Assembly (NCBI GenBank): GCA_965223005.1
Contig: CBDCVK010000003.1
Location: 72,465-136,464, forward strand
Direction: 5' to 3'
From: Terriglobia bacterium
GTDB lineage: Bacteria; Acidobacteriota; Terriglobia; JAJPHL01; JAPKYU01
Length of the DNA: 64,000 nt
In this document: in pieces, positions 60,872 to 64,000 of the stretch
How the letters are laid out: the number at the start of each line of letters is the position of its first letter
Numbering within the stretch: position 1 is the stretch's first letter
Program-made: the position numbers and the translations under genes
Notes under the pieces: model-generated
Databases searched by the model: none
The model's input: only the letters and a program-made list of their open reading frames with translations
What the model was told of the DNA's origin: nothing

Positions 60872-62527
60872 ATGCTTCCCCATGTTGGGATCAAGATGAT
60901 GGATCAGGATGATGGGATCAAGCGCATGGCCGAACAAGAGCACCAGCAACGAATCCCAATCCTGGTATTGAGGGACGACCCCCAGCGAGGGTTCCAAGAG
61001 GACACCGTAACCACGACGGTGGCCCGGACCTGGGTAAAGGTGCGCCTGCGGCATAACCTGGACCCCGGTGCCGACGTGGTGATCTTCAACAAGCAGAACG
61101 GGTATCAGGCCGAGTTTCTGATGGACAGCAGGCCGGTGCCCAATGAAGCGAAGCTGCTTCTCCGCGATCATTCGGTGGACATCTGGCAGCTCGATTTTGG
61201 CCGCCCACCAGAGCTCGCGCCTGACCTGCGCCGGCGCATGCACCTGGTCTGCATTGCCTGTCAGACGCGCGAGACGGTGCCGCTGGAAGAATACGAGATC
61301 GAAAAACTGGAACGGACCGAGCGCCTGACGCGGAACTGCCCGAATTGCGCTGCCGAGACCGATTGGGAAAAGGAGTCGGTGGCGCAGGCGCGCGCCGAAG
61401 CCGCAGGTCGCGAGAAAACAGAACAGGAGCGCCGCTCCCGCGAGGAACGGGGGGGACAGCTGAGCGAACAGGCGCAGGCGGCCCAGCGAACTGAGGAGGA
61501 AGCGCAAGCCGCGGCCGAACAGGCACGCCAGGCGGCGGAGGAAGCCGCCGCGAGCGAAGCAGCCGAAGCCACCCGCCATGTTGAAGCTCAGGCCGCGCAA
61601 CACAACGCCATCGAGGCGACAAACCGCGCAGAAGCGGAGTTAACAGAGCTCACCGGCGCCCGCACGGCAGTCGAGCGGAAAGCCCAAGAAGCCGCAACTC
61701 AAATCCCGGAAGCGGAATCGAAGGCCGAGGCAGCGGCCAAGGCACTCATCAAAGCCACCAAGGAAGCCAGTGAGGCCGAAGCCAAGTCAGAAAAACTGCG
61801 GCGAGAAGCTGAGGAGGCGGCACAGCGGGCCGAACAGGTTCGGCAGCGAGCCCAAGAGCTGGCCGAAAAGCGCGAACAGGCCCGAAACATGGCCGAAGCT
61901 GCCCGGCAGTCAATCGATCAGGCCCGGAGCAATCAGGAAGCCGCCGAACGCGAGATCACGCAGAACCTGCGCAAGCTGGAGGCCGCTGCCCAGGCAAAAG
62001 CAGCTGCTCTGAAAAGTTTCAAAGAGAGCGGGGAGGCGGCGGCGAAGCGAGCTGCGGAACTCTCCAAAGCGGCTCAGGTAGCCGGGGCGGCGCGCGAGCA
62101 AGCCGAAGAGACCACGACCAGGCTGGAAGCCGCCGCTGCCGCACGCCTGCTGGTGGGCACCGAATTGGAGGCGCTGCTGGGGCCTTCTCCGGAGGTCGCT
62201 GCCCAGCCGGCGGCAGAGGCAGAAGCCGCCCCATCGGCTGAGCCTGAGATTCCTCGGAGCGAACGCCGCACCGCTCGTCGCATCTTCGTCCGCACCCAGG
62301 CCCGCATCCGCCGTCCCAGTTCCTCTGAGGTCGTCGCGCCGGTCGACGTCTCCCGCGGCGGAATCTGCTTCGAAAGCCGCGCTTCTTATGAGCTGGACGA
62401 GGTGGTTTGGGTAGCCATGCACTTCCGCGAAGACGCAGAGCATCTGGAGACGCCCAGCCGCATCGTCCGCGTCAGCCCCGGCGCCAAAGGCGACCGTTAT
62501 TCCTACGGAGTCAAGTTCGAGGGTTAG
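60872..62527 (+). CDS. PilZ-domain protein with Zn-finger and long Ala/Glu coiled coil (start uncertain, possibly 60926)
   Basis: CIAC...CPNC, a long coiled coil, then C-terminal ERRTARR and DVSRGG. Confidence 0.8.
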   Translation: MLPHVGIKMMDQDDGIKRMAEQEHQQRIPILVLRDDPQRGFQEDTVTTTVARTWVKVRLRHNLDPGADVVIFNKQNGYQAEFLMDSRPVPNEAKLLLRDHSVDIWQLDFGRPPELAPDLRRRMHLVCIACQTRETVPLEEYEIEKLERTERLTRNCPNCAAETDWEKESVAQARAEAAGREKTEQERRSREERGGQLSEQAQAAQRTEEEAQAAAEQARQAAEEAAASEAAEATRHVEAQAAQHNAIEATNRAEAELTELTGARTAVERKAQEAATQIPEAESKAEAAAKALIKATKEASEAEAKSEKLRREAEEAAQRAEQVRQRAQELAEKREQARNMAEAARQSIDQARSNQEAAEREITQNLRKLEAAAQAKAAALKSFKESGEAAAKRAAELSKAAQVAGAAREQAEETTTRLEAAAAARLLVGTELEALLGPSPEVAAQPAAEAEAAPSAEPEIPRSERRTARRIFVRTQARIRRPSSSEVVAPVDVSRGGICFESRASYELDEVVWVAMHFREDAEHLETPSRIVRVSPGAKGDRYSYGVKFEG

Positions 62528-62661
62528 CTGCCTTCGGACCTTCCTAGCCGAACACGTGGAAGGCCTCCAGCAGGCGGAAATGGCCCTGGCTGTACAAAGA
62601 GGGAAGAACGACGTGAACTGGAATGTAGCGTCCAGGTCGATCAAATCGATAAGAACCCACC

Positions 62662-63276
62662 TTATCCTGCAGTGTCCGGCGCGCTGGGTTTAAAGATGGC
62701 CATCTCTACTAAATTGCAGAGGATGTGGCCAATGGCAATGTGCGCTTCCTGAACGTGCTGCGTACTAGCACTGGGCACAATGACGGCAACATCAACCAGG
62801 TCACGAAGCCGGCCGCCGTTGCCGCCCAACAGGCCGATCGTCTTGATTCCACGCTCACGGCAAAGCCGAACCGCGCGCACGACATTCTCGGAGTTGCCGC
62901 TGGTGCTGATCCCGATAAGTATGTCCCCCTCGCGGCCCAATGCCTGGACCTGTCGCTCAAAGACGTACCCAAAGCCGAAATCGTTCGCATTAGCGGTCAG
63001 AAAGGAAGTGTCAGTAGTCAATGCCATTGCTGCCAAAGCAGGCCGGTCGAATTCGGCGCTGAGGCGATTGGTGAGCTCAGCCGAGATATGCTGAGAGTCG
63101 GCTGCGCTGCCACCGTTGCCGCAGGTCATCACCTTGCCGCCCGTGCGGAGCGCTGCCGCCACCAGCTCCGCAGCCTGAAGTATCTCGTCCAGGCATGTTT
63201 CCGCTATCCGGCGTTTGGTTTCGGCGCTGGCGGTCAGGTGGTCCCGAGCGCGTTCGCGTGCCGTTGGCCCTTCCAT
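62662..63276 (-). CDS. gmhA: Phosphoheptose isomerase
   Basis: CGNGGSAADSQH, ANDFG, ISTSGNS and QEAH motifs; GAGGAG SD. Confidence 0.94.
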   Translation of the reverse strand: MEGPTARERARDHLTASAETKRRIAETCLDEILQAAELVAAALRTGGKVMTCGNGGSAADSQHISAELTNRLSAEFDRPALAAMALTTDTSFLTANANDFGFGYVFERQVQALGREGDILIGISTSGNSENVVRAVRLCRERGIKTIGLLGGNGGRLRDLVDVAVIVPSASTQHVQEAHIAIGHILCNLVEMAIFKPSAPDTAG

Positions 63277-63496
63277 CTGCGGCTCCTCTCCCGGCCTTGA
63301 TTTGAACTGCTGCCGCGCCGGCGGGAAGCCAGAAGCCGCCCGCTTGGCTCTGACTTGCACTCGGGTCTATGAGGTCAAGGCCGAACTGCTGCCGGGTGAA
63401 CAGGCCTGTCGGCGGCGTGCTGCTCCAGCGATTTCTTGACCACTTTGGTGGCCTCCCAAAGTCGGCCACCAAGTTGACTCGCCCGGCGCCTGACAG

Positions 63497-64000
63497 TTAT
63501 GCGCAACCGGCCGTCCCACGAGCGCTCGTTGACTGTTCATCTTGCTCACGGGCAGATTCCGACGTCAAATTGGCCTTTCGTTCTTGGAATTCGAAATCGA
63601 ATTCATTGAACAAGCGACGGATCTGCTTCGTGTCGTTCCGCTGGGCCGCCTCCCACAACCGGGCTAACATCGCTTCAAGCTCATGAGGCTTGGGCTGGGT
63701 CCTTGTGACAACTAGAAAGATCCGGGGATGCTTCGTGGGTTTCAAATAGGCACCCTCTCCGACCAACTGCTCACGCAACTTGTCGCCGGGTCGCAGGCCA
63801 ATCGTCTCGATGCGGATGTCACGACCGGGACGCAATCCAGACAACTCGATCAGATTGCGCGCGAGGTCAGCAATCCGAATGGGATCTCCCATGTCCAGCA
63901 CATAGATGCCTTGCTCACGTCCATCCAGTATACCAACCCGAATCACTAGGTTAACTGCTTCTGGTATGGTCATGAAATAACGGTAGACCTCTGGGTGTGT
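63497..64000 (-). CDS. Polysaccharide biosynthesis nucleotide-sugar dehydratase (CapD/PglF-like), C-terminal part
   Basis: THPEVYRYFMTIPEAV, LDMGDPIRIADLA and GLRPGDKL motifs; frame open to the window edge. Confidence 0.88.
   Translation of the reverse strand, partial: THPEVYRYFMTIPEAVNLVIRVGILDGREQGIYVLDMGDPIRIADLARNLIELSGLRPGRDIRIETIGLRPGDKLREQLVGEGAYLKPTKHPRIFLVVTRTQPKPHELEAMLARLWEAAQRNDTKQIRRLFNEFDFEFQERKANLTSESAREQDEQSTSARGTAGCA

Overview
GC-rich bacterial chromosomal segment, probably Acidobacteriota (inferred from protein styles such as the Pro-rich Pal, the OmpA/coiled-coil protein and the PilZ/Zn-finger protein; not verified). It is mostly housekeeping and envelope genes: partial recN, a complete tolQRAB-pal-cpoB cluster, ssb, iscS-mnmA, thyA-folA, rpmE, hemH, a cytochrome c maturation operon with a CxxxY-type CcmE, an E. 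coli-type frdABCD split by an M28 peptidase gene, queE-queC, gmhA and a partial CapD-like gene. Single accessory genes are scattered between these: a TonB-dependent receptor, a radical SAM enzyme, PhoD, an ArsM-like methyltransferase, a sialidase, a Na+/solute symporter, a fatty acyl-AMP ligase and TPR proteins. I found no rRNA, tRNA, CRISPR array or transposase. The best candidate for an undescribed system is at 41182-42338. A 10-Cys ArsR/SmtB repressor with a palindromic operator is followed by an unannotated 16-codon ORF (MCQCPCSVPCPCDDCC, 7 Cys) with a strong Shine-Dalgarno sequence, which may be a micro-metallothionein, and then by a MOSC gene. Other oddities are an in-frame amber codon in a conserved hypothetical gene, a frameshifted TPR gene, several candidate structured leader RNAs and many short tandem duplications. 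All family calls come from recognising motifs by eye; no database searches were run.
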